Source: a virus
Lineage: Duplodnaviria > Caudoviricetes
Length of the DNA: 64,000 nucleotides
Reading direction: 5' to 3' (one strand)
Virus record (IMG/VR): IMGVR_UViG_2690315746_000001
Span: 21,703 to 85,702 of that record
Of the stretch, positions 63,587 to 64,000 are shown piece by piece (position 1 is the stretch's first letter; every line of letters begins with the position of its first letter). The translations under genes and the position numbers were made by a program. Below the pieces are notes generated by a model that was given only the letters and a program-made list of their open reading frames with translations, did no database searches and had not been told where the DNA came from.

Positions 63587-63990
63587 CCAAGGCCAAGACC
63601 GCCGCCGCCCCGAAGTCGAACCCGATGCAGGCCGAGGTGCCGCCGATCGACCGCACCGCCGAGACCCTCGAGCCGGTGACCGCCGCGGCGCCGGCCCCGG
63701 CCCCGGCCGAGCCCGAGGACGTGCCGATGCCGACGATCGAGAACGCCCCGGGCTCGATTTTCGTGCCCAAGGGCAACATCGGCACGGTCGACGTGCTCGA
63801 GATCGCCATCATGTACCTGCTCGAGCTGAGTGGCAGCCAGCTGCAGGTCCAGCCCGGCGCGCTGCGCAGCGTCCCGATGTCGGCCACCCGGGTCGCCATG
63901 CTGTCCGATAGGGCCCAGGCGCACATGCAGCAGCTCGCTCCGCCGGCCCCGGCTCCCGAGCCCGATGCGCCGGCCCAGACGGCGCACTAA
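63583..63990 (+). CDS. Hypothetical protein
   Basis: GTGA coupling, Pro/Ala-rich. Confidence 0.55.
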   Translation: MTKAKTAAAPKSNPMQAEVPPIDRTAETLEPVTAAAPAPAPAEPEDVPMPTIENAPGSIFVPKGNIGTVDVLEIAIMYLLELSGSQLQVQPGALRSVPMSATRVAMLSDRAQAHMQQLAPPAPAPEPDAPAQTAH

Positions 63991-64000
63991 ATTAGGCCAG

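Noticed and set aside
1-64000. tRNA/rRNA genes, IS elements, reverse transcriptase/DGR, integrase, lysis cassette
   Set aside because: No supporting motifs seen by eye; tRNAscan/HMM searches would be needed to exclude them formally

Overview
The whole window is one GC-rich tailed-phage genome segment (siphovirus-type, lambda-like tail-tip genes); no host chromosomal genes are recognisable. From 1 to 21.7 kb, a minus-strand virion operon runs terL, portal, protease/scaffold, decoration, major capsid, head-tail joining, major tail, G/GT chaperone frameshift, 2188-aa tape measure with an SLT domain, M-, L-, split K-, I- and J-like genes. From 22 to 64 kb, mostly plus-strand genes encode a Prim-Pol/SF3 primase-helicase, a type Ib ParA plus RHH partition pair, about 30 small accessory ORFs, a plasmid-Rep-like HTH gene, rIIA/rIIB, an SF2 helicase, HNH-AP2, 5'-3' exonuclease, PolA, ATP ligase, MucR/Ros, class II RNR and ThyX. 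No integrase, tRNA, CRISPR array or lysis cassette was seen. The partition module suggests a phage-plasmid, and MucR plus the Crp type point to an alphaproteobacterial (Methylobacterium-like) host; both are inferences. The most striking unexplained structure is three dispersed palindromic motif families found by eye. Family A, TGTACG-N3-CGTACA, has about 29 copies genome-wide. Family B, CCATAT-N3/4-ATATGG, has about 19 copies almost all in 29-46.5 kb, often with co-varying extended stems. Family C, TCAATATTGA with 11-bp-phased extra half-sites, brackets the par operon. There is also a 99-bp concentric dyad at 30875-30973. All protein calls come from motif recognition, not database searches, and motif counts are manual minimums.
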